Source: a virus
Lineage: Duplodnaviria; Caudoviricetes
IMG/VR virus record: IMGVR_UViG_3300004112_000001
Span: 1-37,642 of that record
Reading direction: 5' to 3' (one strand)
Length of the DNA stretch: 37,642 nucleotides
Shown: positions 16,435 to 24,366 of the stretch, piece by piece
Layout: each line of letters opens with the position of its first letter
Numbering within the stretch: the first letter of the stretch is position 1
The notes under the pieces: model-generated
What the model saw: the letters and a program-made list of their open reading frames with translations, nothing else
What the model was told of the DNA's origin: nothing
Databases searched by the model: none
Translations under genes and position numbers: made by a program

Positions 16435-16911
16435 ATGCACAGAGAACACGAGTCAATGATGGAGGCAATCGGAATGGTTGTACCTGCATCACCTAAACCA
16501 GCTAGCGATTATGCAAAGGAGTGGTGGAATGGTCGCAACATCAACGTACCTAACAACACTGTTCCTCTTCCACAGTGTGTGATATGTGGAGGTAACGCAT
16601 TGGATGTGCGTAGTTCAATTGACTTCAACACTTTCACAAAGGCTGAGGCGAACCACGTACTGACTCGCATTCCTACAGACTGCGAGTATGGAAAGAAAGG
16701 TGAGTTTGTTTGGACTCACTATTGGGGATGTTGGCACTCGTACCAGCGTTCACTTCAGAAGTCAATGGTCGTTGAGTATGTTGTCAGAATTCCTGTTGAC
16801 AACGTGCTTGATGAAGAGCAAGCAATCGGGTTTGCCCGTAGCAGTTTGCTCTTGTCACGTGGTGAAGTTATTGATTCACGTGTCGTTGCAATAAAAGAAA
16901 ACAACAACTAG
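16435..16911 (+). CDS. Hypothetical protein with CxxC and HxxxC
   Basis: ATG at 16435 follows AGAAAGA; CVICGG and HYWGCW motifs. Confidence 0.7.
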   Translation: MHREHESMMEAIGMVVPASPKPASDYAKEWWNGRNINVPNNTVPLPQCVICGGNALDVRSSIDFNTFTKAEANHVLTRIPTDCEYGKKGEFVWTHYWGCWHSYQRSLQKSMVVEYVVRIPVDNVLDEEQAIGFARSSLLLSRGEVIDSRVVAIKENNN

Positions 16912-16922
16912 GAGAAAACAAA

Positions 16923-17354
16923 ATGGGATACACAGCACAACTTATGGACGGTGACGACTTCGTCATCAACGAACCACAAAAAGTAATGGAACAACTGCAC
17001 AGATTGGAGGTGGAAAGCAACTACAGATGGCATGTTTCATGGTGTCGTAGCATGGAGAGTTATTGGGTTGCATCGGAAGGTGACTACGCCAAAGCTTGCG
17101 CAGACATGTTGAACGACTTCGGTTTCCATGCTGTCGCACGACACTATGTCGTCACTATTGAAGGATGGCAGGGTGACAAGGTTGGTTCAACGTGGGATGA
17201 AGTGTGGACATCGTTTGTCGGCAACACTGAAACAGGTACTACTTGGATTATGCGTGGTGAGGATGATGCTTTTTGGGCATCTGTCTTGACAGAGAATGAC
17301 TGGCAGGAATGCGCAGTTGAAGTCTCATACAAAATAGTAGAGAAGGAGAAATAA
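16923..17354 (+). CDS. Hypothetical protein (143 aa)
   Basis: SD AGGAG; in operon; contains MRGEDDAFW. Confidence 0.75.
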   Translation: MGYTAQLMDGDDFVINEPQKVMEQLHRLEVESNYRWHVSWCRSMESYWVASEGDYAKACADMLNDFGFHAVARHYVVTIEGWQGDKVGSTWDEVWTSFVGNTETGTTWIMRGEDDAFWASVLTENDWQECAVEVSYKIVEKEK

Positions 17355-17356
17355 AA

Positions 17357-18124
17357 ATGGCGTGGAATACATGCAAACAATGTGGAACATATAGATACGG
17401 GTTCTTCCATGAAGACGAGCATCTGTGCTTCACATGTCAACAACAACAATTACAAACAGACAACAAAGGAGAAACAACAGTGAATTCATTCCATCAATGT
17501 GGCAAGTGTGGTGTCTACTACACAAACTACGACTCAATGATTAACTGCTGGGAATGCAATGCATCTCAACAACAATTACCAACAAACAACAACACAGAGG
17601 AAACAACAATGACATACCACAACACAAACACAGAAGCACTATTGGCCAAGATTCAAGAATTGGATGCGGAGGTAACCCGTTTGGTTGACCGCACTGAGAC
17701 TCTTGCTCGTGACAACGAATACAAAACTTCACGCATGACTGCGATGGAGGGACGTATTGAGAAGTTCCGTGAGCGTGAGAATCAAATGCTGCAACAGCTT
17801 GAATCATTCTGGAATCAACTGCTTGAAGAAAACGAAACAGCGTTGGATGACTACTCAGAGTTTTACGAAGGCTTCGTTGCTCTAGGCATGAAGGAGTTCA
17901 CCAAGAAGGTTGAGTTCCGATTCACGTATACAGTCACCGTCAGTGGTACTGCGAAGGTTCCGTACTCGTATGAATGCACAGAGTTTGACGACTCGTTCGT
18001 GTATCTCAACGTTGACGAAGACCAGGTTGCAGGAGACTTGTTTGACAACGCTGAAGATTGCGACATTGACGTTGAGGTTGAAGAGAAGCGTTGGGATCGT
18101 TCATGGGAGGTCACCACTGACTAG
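17357..18124 (+). CDS. Hypothetical protein: two Zn-ribbon modules plus coiled coil, with internal in-frame starts
   Basis: CKQC..CFTC and CGKC..CWEC; SD-preceded starts at 17357, 17480 (GTG) and 17609. Confidence 0.7.
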   Translation: MAWNTCKQCGTYRYGFFHEDEHLCFTCQQQQLQTDNKGETTVNSFHQCGKCGVYYTNYDSMINCWECNASQQQLPTNNNTEETTMTYHNTNTEALLAKIQELDAEVTRLVDRTETLARDNEYKTSRMTAMEGRIEKFRERENQMLQQLESFWNQLLEENETALDDYSEFYEGFVALGMKEFTKKVEFRFTYTVTVSGTAKVPYSYECTEFDDSFVYLNVDEDQVAGDLFDNAEDCDIDVEVEEKRWDRSWEVTTD

Positions 18125-18146
18125 GACTAACTGAACAACCAGATGT

Positions 18147-18184
18147 TGTTGGGGAAAGTTTCTTACAGGAAACTTTCCCCAACA
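18147..18184. repeat. Early palindrome copy 6 (core 18155-18176)
   Basis: TGTTGGGGAAAGTTTC-TTACAG-GAAACTTTCCCCAACA; 16-bp perfect arms. Confidence 0.9.
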
Positions 18185-18213
18185 CAAACCAAATACACAC
18201 AGAAAGAAACACA

Positions 18214-18564
18214 ATGAAATCAATATTCCTATTCACACAAATATTCTTCACACTGATTACACCCGTAATGGTTGTGGTCTTGGTCAAAGAAATGTACAAG
18301 TTCTTCACACAAGACCTTGACAAGTTTGACCAATGGCAAGTTGAAGAAGATGATGAACCTATTGGGGCTAACGTCACGACAGACCACGGTTGGACTTACT
18401 ACTTCTCGTTTGGCGAGTACAATGAGGACACTGATTGCGACACATACGGAATCCCCGATAGATACATATCATGGTATTCAGATAAGCCCTACAAGCTTGT
18501 TGGTACTCATCTCTATGGCTGGTCAAATGAGATTGTAGAGACTGTGGATTTTGTTTATGAATGA
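18214..18564 (+). CDS. Hypothetical membrane-anchored protein
   Basis: Hydrophobic N-terminus IFLFTQIFFTLITPVMVVVLV; AGAAAGA leader. Confidence 0.7.
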   Translation: MKSIFLFTQIFFTLITPVMVVVLVKEMYKFFTQDLDKFDQWQVEEDDEPIGANVTTDHGWTYYFSFGEYNEDTDCDTYGIPDRYISWYSDKPYKLVGTHLYGWSNEIVETVDFVYE

Positions 18565-18835
18565 GTCAATCCGTGAACAGTGCAAAAAGATTCTGCTTGA
18601 TGCAGTGTCTGAGAACAGTATGGATACTGGCGAGTTGGATTACTGGCACAGCCTTAGTAGTCATCTTGATGTTAACGCTTATCACTATGGTGAGAACCTT
18701 GGTGTGACCGTGTACATGTATGAAGATGGAAAGGGTTTAATCACTGAAGAGTGTTTCCCAATATTCTTGTGGGAAGTTGGCGAAGAGCCTTTGACCCATG
18801 AGCAAGTAAAGCAACTATTAGAGAAAGAAAAATAA
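18557..18835 (+). CDS. Hypothetical protein
   Basis: Overlap-coupled to both neighbours. Confidence 0.65.
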   Translation: MNESIREQCKKILLDAVSENSMDTGELDYWHSLSSHLDVNAYHYGENLGVTVYMYEDGKGLITEECFPIFLWEVGEEPLTHEQVKQLLEKEK

Positions 18836-19029
18836 TGAGTGAATACAGTGAACCAGCGACTGTCTATACAGGATGCTTTGAGTGTGACCATGAGATGGAG
18901 TTTCATGGCGTAGTCAATAAGTATGATGTTGCTTCTTTCCCCTGTCCTAATTGTGGCCAGGTGTTTGAGATAGCAAATTGGGATTCGTTCTTTGATGAGG
19001 ACGATGAAACAGAAACAGAAGGAGAATAA
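18835..19029 (+). CDS. Small acidic Zn-ribbon protein
   Basis: CFEC...CPNC; TAATG overlap. Confidence 0.7.
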   Translation: MSEYSEPATVYTGCFECDHEMEFHGVVNKYDVASFPCPNCGQVFEIANWDSFFDEDDETETEGE

Positions 19030-19031
19030 AA

Positions 19032-19337
19032 ATGAAAACACAATTATTGGTAACCGTTGAACATCCAGCAGACTTGAGTCCGTGGGACTTGATTCAGTTG
19101 GCTGTTGTCAACGACTTCACATCCATCAATGGTATTTTGGCTGAGGGTTGGAGTCTCAGCTATTGCCAAACACACAACGAGCGTGCCATCAAGTTCATTG
19201 ATGACACACTCAGCGACATGGAAGATATGTCAACAGATGACATTCTTGAATTGTCTGCTGAAGAGATGGTTGCCTTAGTTGGTAATCTGGAAACAGCACT
19301 GGAAACAGTAAAGAAAATGATAAAGGAGAAAGAATAA
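19032..19337 (+). CDS. Hypothetical acidic protein
   Basis: SD AAGGAG; in operon. Confidence 0.7.
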   Translation: MKTQLLVTVEHPADLSPWDLIQLAVVNDFTSINGILAEGWSLSYCQTHNERAIKFIDDTLSDMEDMSTDDILELSAEEMVALVGNLETALETVKKMIKEKE

Positions 19338-19633
19338 TGGAAGCAAAAGATAAGTTCATGGTGGACGCAGTCTGCAAACTGATGCAGGTAATTGACCACC
19401 TCAACGAAGATGCTGGGTACATGATCCTTGCGAAGCTGAGAACCCATTTCCACTTTGAGGGTAACCTCTATGGACGTGGCGACTTTGAGGTTCGTCTTGG
19501 CCGTACCTTGACTAACGCAGAGTGGGAGAAGATTTATTCTTCCAAAGAGTTTTATTACGAACTCTGCGAGCATTCAGATGGAGACTTGTACTCCATTGAT
19601 GCAATCCTTGACCAACTAGGCTTCGGTGCTTAG
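19337..19633 (+). CDS. Hypothetical protein
   Basis: TAATG overlap; LGRTLTNAEWE motif. Confidence 0.7.
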   Translation: MEAKDKFMVDAVCKLMQVIDHLNEDAGYMILAKLRTHFHFEGNLYGRGDFEVRLGRTLTNAEWEKIYSSKEFYYELCEHSDGDLYSIDAILDQLGFGA

Positions 19634-19702
19634 TCCTTGTCAACAATTAACCCTGCTACAATTATCAACAACCAAACAATAAACAACAAAGGAAATACCA
19701 CA

Positions 19703-20638
19703 ATGAATAACAACACCAACCCAATCATGAAGACAGCAACCTCATTTGCAACTGACCGTTCAGTGCCATGCGAAATTGGTCGCATCACTGACAAGCACGT
19801 TGCTCTTGAACTGGCTGGTTTAAACTACACGATTGACAGTGTTCCATTGTCAACCATCACAGATGCAAAGTACGCAGAGAAGTTCTACGGTGCTATCCGT
19901 TCAACTGACGGTGCAATGCTTGGTGTGAACAGTTCACGCTTCCATCACTTCCAGCCTTCACTGTTGGGTGACTTTGCTGAAGCAATCGTCAAGATTCGTC
20001 CTGATGCCTACATCAATATTGGAGGCCAATCATTAGACGAGCGCACACAGTTCTTGGGTGTGTGTCTTGATGGCGAAGCAGTCGCTTCACCAGGTGGTGA
20101 CCTGCGCTACCGTCACATCCTCATGTACAACGGCACTAACGGCAACCGTGTATTCGGTGGTCACGCAGTGCTTCACGAGATGCGCTGCATGAACATGTTT
20201 CGTGCATTGCTTAAGGGTGGCTCACAGTTGTTCAGCCTGAACCACAGTTTCTCAGCCCAGCACCTAGTGCCTAAAGCTTTGGAAGCAGTTCAGAACGCTG
20301 TGCGTTTGTATGACGAAATGGACATTGAGATTGAACGTCTGTTGTCAATCAAGATTGACCAGCCTGTTCAGTTGCTTGGCAAGATCGCAGGCGAACGACC
20401 AACAGAAGATGGTCGTGGACTGACTGAATGGGAGAAGCGTTTTGATGCGCTTGTCGCTGAGTACAAGGCTGAATACAACAGCAACCTGCGTGGCACAGCG
20501 TGGGGTATCGTTATGGCTGCAGAAGGCACTGACGAACATCGTGGCCGTGTCCGCAATGGTGGACGTGACATTCAGCGTGTGTCTCGCATTCTGACAAACC
20601 AGTACCCACTTACACAGCGAGCCTTGGAACTCGTCTGA
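19703..20638 (+). CDS. DUF932-family phage/plasmid protein
   Basis: ALELAGLNY, LGVNSSRFHHFQ, YNGTNG, RCMN, NH, GTAWG motifs; start refined to the ATG after AAGGA. Confidence 0.75.
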   Translation: MNNNTNPIMKTATSFATDRSVPCEIGRITDKHVALELAGLNYTIDSVPLSTITDAKYAEKFYGAIRSTDGAMLGVNSSRFHHFQPSLLGDFAEAIVKIRPDAYINIGGQSLDERTQFLGVCLDGEAVASPGGDLRYRHILMYNGTNGNRVFGGHAVLHEMRCMNMFRALLKGGSQLFSLNHSFSAQHLVPKALEAVQNAVRLYDEMDIEIERLLSIKIDQPVQLLGKIAGERPTEDGRGLTEWEKRFDALVAEYKAEYNSNLRGTAWGIVMAAEGTDEHRGRVRNGGRDIQRVSRILTNQYPLTQRALELV

Positions 20639-20663
20639 TAACAACTACAAATAGGAAATAACA

Positions 20664-20876
20664 ATGAACAACAATTTACCAACTCTAGAAATATCGCTAA
20701 CTCTTGCAGAGTTGCGAGCAGTGTCCAAGTCGCTCAGCATTGGTGCTGACCAACTTGCCCGAAAGATTGAACGCTTAGGCGACAGTCCTCGTGCAGACGA
20801 CATTGTTGAGGAGTACAAACTTCTCATGGAGGCCAAGCTTGAATGCGAGTCAGTCTTGAAGGAGGCTATGAAGTGA
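20664..20876 (+). CDS. Small coiled-coil protein
   Basis: SD AGGA; 70 aa, predicted helical. Confidence 0.7.
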   Translation: MNNNLPTLEISLTLAELRAVSKSLSIGADQLARKIERLGDSPRADDIVEEYKLLMEAKLECESVLKEAMK

Positions 20877-21316
20877 TACGAACACGCTTAGGCGTGGCGG
20901 TGTTGGCCATGAGCACTAGCGTGCTCATGGCCTTCCCCGTATCTGCGTCTGAATACGAACGCTGGACTGTTGAATGGTTTCAGAACCATCGTCATCCACG
21001 TGCAACATATTGGGACAAGGTTGCTTGGTGTGAAACACATCGCAACTGGAAAGACGGTGGGAACTGGAGTGGTGGACTAGGTATCGCACGATCAACCTGG
21101 GTTGGTTATGGCGGTAGACAGTTCGCTCCACATGCAGGGCTAGCTACTCGCAAGGAACAAATAATTATTGCCAACAGGATTGCTGTACGTGGATACATCC
21201 GCAGGAATGGAACGTTCAAATATCCTGCTGGCTACGGTGGCTGGGGCTGCATACGTAACAAACCACACCTGAAACCACATCCACATAATCTTTGGTACGA
21301 ATGGAAGCACACATGA
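20873..21316 (+). CDS. Secreted resuscitation-promoting-factor (Rpf)-like lytic transglycosylase
   Basis: Signal peptide ending PVSA-S; WDKVAWCET..NW...GGLGIARSTWVGYGG.QFAPHAGLATRKEQI.IA...GGWGC matches the Rpf domain pattern with its catalytic Glu; GGAGG plus GTGA overlap. Confidence 0.85.
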   Translation: MIRTRLGVAVLAMSTSVLMAFPVSASEYERWTVEWFQNHRHPRATYWDKVAWCETHRNWKDGGNWSGGLGIARSTWVGYGGRQFAPHAGLATRKEQIIIANRIAVRGYIRRNGTFKYPAGYGGWGCIRNKPHLKPHPHNLWYEWKHT

Positions 21317-21459
21317 CATGGAATAAATACAAATGCCCACGATGTGGGCTCACACTGACAACGATGATGTCTTTGAAGTATCCACCCACATGCTCCAATC
21401 ACGTGGCTCAGAAGCCTGTTGAGATGGTTCCAGTGGAGAAGAAAGAGAAGCCTCGTTGA
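21313..21459 (+). CDS. 48-aa Zn-ribbon protein (not in the ORF track)
   Basis: MTWNKYKCPRCGLTLTTMMSLKYPPTCSNHVAQKPVEM...; ATGA overlap with the Rpf-like gene. Confidence 0.65.
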   Translation: MTWNKYKCPRCGLTLTTMMSLKYPPTCSNHVAQKPVEMVPVEKKEKPR

Positions 21460-21487
21460 CACGTGAAAAAAACAATCTCGCTATAAT
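21456..21487 (+). promoter_or_regulatory. Candidate housekeeping-sigma promoter for the replication module
   Basis: TTGACA at 21456 and TATAAT at 21482 are both perfect, but the spacer is 20 nt. Confidence 0.5.
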
Positions 21488-21496
21488 CCCGACCAC

Positions 21497-21569
21497 GGGG
21501 AGGGGGACTACAGGGGGAGGGGTAAGGGTACATGTACCTGATCACTCGCCCACTGCAGTGGCGAGTGAT
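21497..21569 (+). other. G-run element (GGGGGACTACAGGGGG) plus palindrome and hairpin; candidate origin/priming site
   Basis: G4, G5, G5, G4 and G3 runs; GGTACATGTACC at 21527-21538; ATCACTCGC..GCGAGTGAT stem at 21541-21569. Confidence 0.55.
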
Positions 21570-21600
21570 ACCAGTAAGAAACACAACAAGAAAGAAAACA

Positions 21601-22053
21601 ATGGCATATAGGAAAATGATTACAACTTGCGGAGTGGAAGGACATGACGAGGATTGTTTGTGTGACGTGATAATCACGAAGCCCACGCCAATCACTGTCA
21701 CAATTCCACAGGACTTTAAGTACGGCCAAGAAGTAGTTGACTACTTAGGGCTGGGTGTTCCTTGGAAAGCAGAAGACCTTCTGCTGTTCCTGGAAACGCA
21801 CGAGAAGCTTGTGCAAGCAATCAGACGTGAACAACGTAAACCACAAACAGAAGCAGCGCAAAGGCTGGCACTGTTGAAAAGCAAGTTAACTCCTGAGCAG
21901 CGTCAACACCTGAAAGATTTAATCAATCAGAAGTACACGCCAACGCAGGCAGTTAACGTGATCAAGGAGCAGTACGGGATTGTGTTGCACCGTTCATACG
22001 TGAACAAACTCAAACAAAGAATGATTGTGGCAGGAGAATATTATGCTCATTAA
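21601..22053 (+). CDS. Winged-HTH DNA-binding protein with N-terminal Cys/His motif
   Basis: CGVEGHDEDCLCD; KLTPEQ...TPTQAVNVIKEQYGIVLHRSYVNKL. Confidence 0.65.
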   Translation: MAYRKMITTCGVEGHDEDCLCDVIITKPTPITVTIPQDFKYGQEVVDYLGLGVPWKAEDLLLFLETHEKLVQAIRREQRKPQTEAAQRLALLKSKLTPEQRQHLKDLINQKYTPTQAVNVIKEQYGIVLHRSYVNKLKQRMIVAGEYYAH

Positions 22054-22885
22054 AGACAACAACATCTATGTTCGCCAATCTTGGTTGGGGGACGCACTGA
22101 TGTGCATGGAGCGTGGCAGGCTTGCCATGACCCAGCCATCATGGAGCATCGGTTCCGATGCCACCATGCTTGGAACAGGAGTCCACTCAGCGATTGAACT
22201 GTACATCAACAGTGGAGGCACAGCATCCATTGATGACATGCAGGACGAACTACGTGTGAACATTAATTCATCCGAAGAAAACTTCAAGTGGGTCAGCATG
22301 AAGTCATTTGATGAAATGTTTATTATTGGTGACAAACTAATTAAAGCTTTCATGAAAGACATCGCCAAGCATGTTCCACTAGGTGGGCTCGTTGAACAGA
22401 AGTTCACTGTCCCCATCGGAATGCTTGAGGTTGACAACGAGAAATACTTCTTGCACTACAGTGGGACTATGGACTACGTAGCACCTGATGGAACCATCTG
22501 GGACTGGAAGACTGCAGCACGTAAGTACAGCCAAGCGGAAAAACAAAAGCAATCCATCCAAGCATCTATCTATGCGACAGCAGCAGTAAAGCTTGGACTC
22601 GCTCCAGAATTTCCAGTGACGTTCAACTTTGGTGTCATGACAAAGACAGCAACACCTGAAGGTCAGATCGTTGGCGTGCAGCGCACAGCACAGCACGCCA
22701 AATGGGTAGAAACGCAGACACGCAACATGGTTGCATCTGCATTAAGAATTGGTCAAGAAAACTCTTGGCCACAGGTAGACCAGCACAACCTGTGTAGCGA
22801 GCGTTGGTGCTCGTGGTGGTCTATCTGCAAGGGAGCACACGTAAGCGACCTTGATAACACAACAGCAACAACAACAACAAAGTAG
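22043..22885 (+). CDS. Cas4/RecB-like PD-(D/E)XK exonuclease
   Basis: MC.ER, GTGVHSAIE, GTMD, DWKT, Q...Y, and a C-terminal C-x4-C-x5-C Fe-S staple pattern. Confidence 0.85.
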   Translation: MLIKDNNIYVRQSWLGDALMCMERGRLAMTQPSWSIGSDATMLGTGVHSAIELYINSGGTASIDDMQDELRVNINSSEENFKWVSMKSFDEMFIIGDKLIKAFMKDIAKHVPLGGLVEQKFTVPIGMLEVDNEKYFLHYSGTMDYVAPDGTIWDWKTAARKYSQAEKQKQSIQASIYATAAVKLGLAPEFPVTFNFGVMTKTATPEGQIVGVQRTAQHAKWVETQTRNMVASALRIGQENSWPQVDQHNLCSERWCSWWSICKGAHVSDLDNTTATTTTK

Positions 22886-22891
22886 GAAACA

Positions 22892-23329
22892 ATGGACAAA
22901 GACCAGTCAATCATCACACAAGTCGCTGCAAAGATTGCAGCCGATTTAACCATCAGTGGAAAGAGCGTTTCAGAATTCGCTGCAACGTTCCTTGATGTCA
23001 AAGACGTACTCTTTGATGTCATCTACGGTGAACAATCATCAGCACCACAGGCTGCACCAGCACAGCAGTACACACCACAACAGATGGAAGCACAAGATGT
23101 TGCAACCGTCCAGCGTGCATTCCCACAAGCAACAGAGATCGCATTCGCTGTTGCAGTGGCAGGCAAGCAACATGGTGACCTTCCAGAATGGCTCATTGAA
23201 GCATGTCGCCGTGATGGAATCACCAAGGTGTACGACAACCGTGATGGACTCGCAGCCAACCCGAAGCGTCCTTGGTTCAAAGCAGTGGACAACAAGGAAA
23301 AGGCCTACTGGCCACCACGAGGTAAGTAA
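22892..23329 (+). CDS. Conserved hypothetical protein in the replication module (possible ssDNA-binding/annealing)
   Basis: IITQVAAKIA and YDNR...NPKRPWFK...AYWPP; lies between exonuclease and helicase; function inferred from position only. Confidence 0.55.
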   Translation: MDKDQSIITQVAAKIAADLTISGKSVSEFAATFLDVKDVLFDVIYGEQSSAPQAAPAQQYTPQQMEAQDVATVQRAFPQATEIAFAVAVAGKQHGDLPEWLIEACRRDGITKVYDNRDGLAANPKRPWFKAVDNKEKAYWPPRGK

Positions 23330-24366
23330 TGAGATTGTCGCCCGATGAAATAAAAAACGGGTGGGATCAGGTCGGACGGGGTGGAGACACCCCGTCCGTT
23401 CCGTCTTACAAGCTTTACAGCCCGTTATCAGAAGCAGCACATTCATACGTTCGCTGGGCTCAGTCTCCGCATAAGCGAATCTTTACAGGCATTCAACGCA
23501 TTGATGAGGAAATGCGTGGAATAGCACCTGGCGAACTATCAATGATCATTGGATACTCACACGGTGGTAAAACGCTTGCACTCATGCACACGTTAAGAAA
23601 CAACCGTGACAAGAAGATTGCGTTCTTCATTCCTGACGAACCCAAGACACTTATCCTGACGAAGTTAACTTGCATGCATCACGGAGTGGATGCACGTGAT
23701 CTTGAGCGCAGAGTTGCAGACGATGACAAGTCCGCAATTGAACTGCTCAGGAGAACAGCAGAAGAAGACTTCCCAAACCTTGCAGTGTTTGACCAGCCAC
23801 TAATCCCTAGTGACATGGAACGAGCATACGGAGAGGTGTCAGATGTTTGGGGGCAAGAACCAGACCTAGTCGTAGTTGACTATCTGGAACTTGTTGAGAA
23901 CGGAGAAACAGTCCCTGAGAAAGCCAACTTCGTAAAAGCTTTTGGACGTAGGCATGATGTGCCAATGCTGGTGCTGCACCAAACCTCACGCTCTAGCGGT
24001 GCTGAGGGTAAGAAACTGACAATGTCGTCAGGTTCTTACGGTGGAGAACAACAGGCCACATCAATTATTGGTGTACGCCGAAAGAAATACGAGATCATGT
24101 CAGAGATCAATGAACTGTCAGAGAAGCTAGACCGTAACCACAGCGAAAGAATCACAGAGAGACTTGATGCTTTACGTTACGATCTAGAGATTCACGACTA
24201 CACGTTGACTGTGTCGCTCCTGAAAAACAAGCGACCAGGTGGACAACTCGTTGATGACGTTGACTTTGAACTAGACATTCACACAGGACAACTCCATGCT
24301 TTACGGCATGGAGAACTTCCAGACCAGTATCTGCGTAAAGCAGTTTGGAAACAGGAGTCGTTCTAG
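23329..24366 (+). CDS. DnaB-like (SF4) replicative helicase
   Basis: FTGIQRIDE..RGIAPGEL, Walker A GYSHGGKT, Walker B VVVDYLE, LHQTSR, LLKNKR. Confidence 0.9.
   Translation: MRLSPDEIKNGWDQVGRGGDTPSVPSYKLYSPLSEAAHSYVRWAQSPHKRIFTGIQRIDEEMRGIAPGELSMIIGYSHGGKTLALMHTLRNNRDKKIAFFIPDEPKTLILTKLTCMHHGVDARDLERRVADDDKSAIELLRRTAEEDFPNLAVFDQPLIPSDMERAYGEVSDVWGQEPDLVVVDYLELVENGETVPEKANFVKAFGRRHDVPMLVLHQTSRSSGAEGKKLTMSSGSYGGEQQATSIIGVRRKKYEIMSEINELSEKLDRNHSERITERLDALRYDLEIHDYTLTVSLLKNKRPGGQLVDDVDFELDIHTGQLHALRHGELPDQYLRKAVWKQESF

Noticed and set aside
14130-18184. CRISPR array interpretation of the palindromic repeats
   Set aside because: Intervals are about 380-1770 bp and contain whole genes. There is no cas operon; the Cas4-like gene sits in an ordinary phage replication context.
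14130-18184. Plain intrinsic terminators
   Set aside because: The T runs are part of the stem, several copies end in C-rich or A-rich sequence, and terminators do not normally keep an invariant 22-nt sequence. Not fully excluded.
13760-21600. tRNA genes, integrase or attP
   Set aside because: No cloverleaf/T-loop pattern in the intergenic gaps and no recombinase motifs recognised by eye.
21601-22053. IS630-type transposase remnant
   Set aside because: Only a winged-HTH-like segment is present; no DDE domain or inverted ends, and it is coupled into the replication operon.
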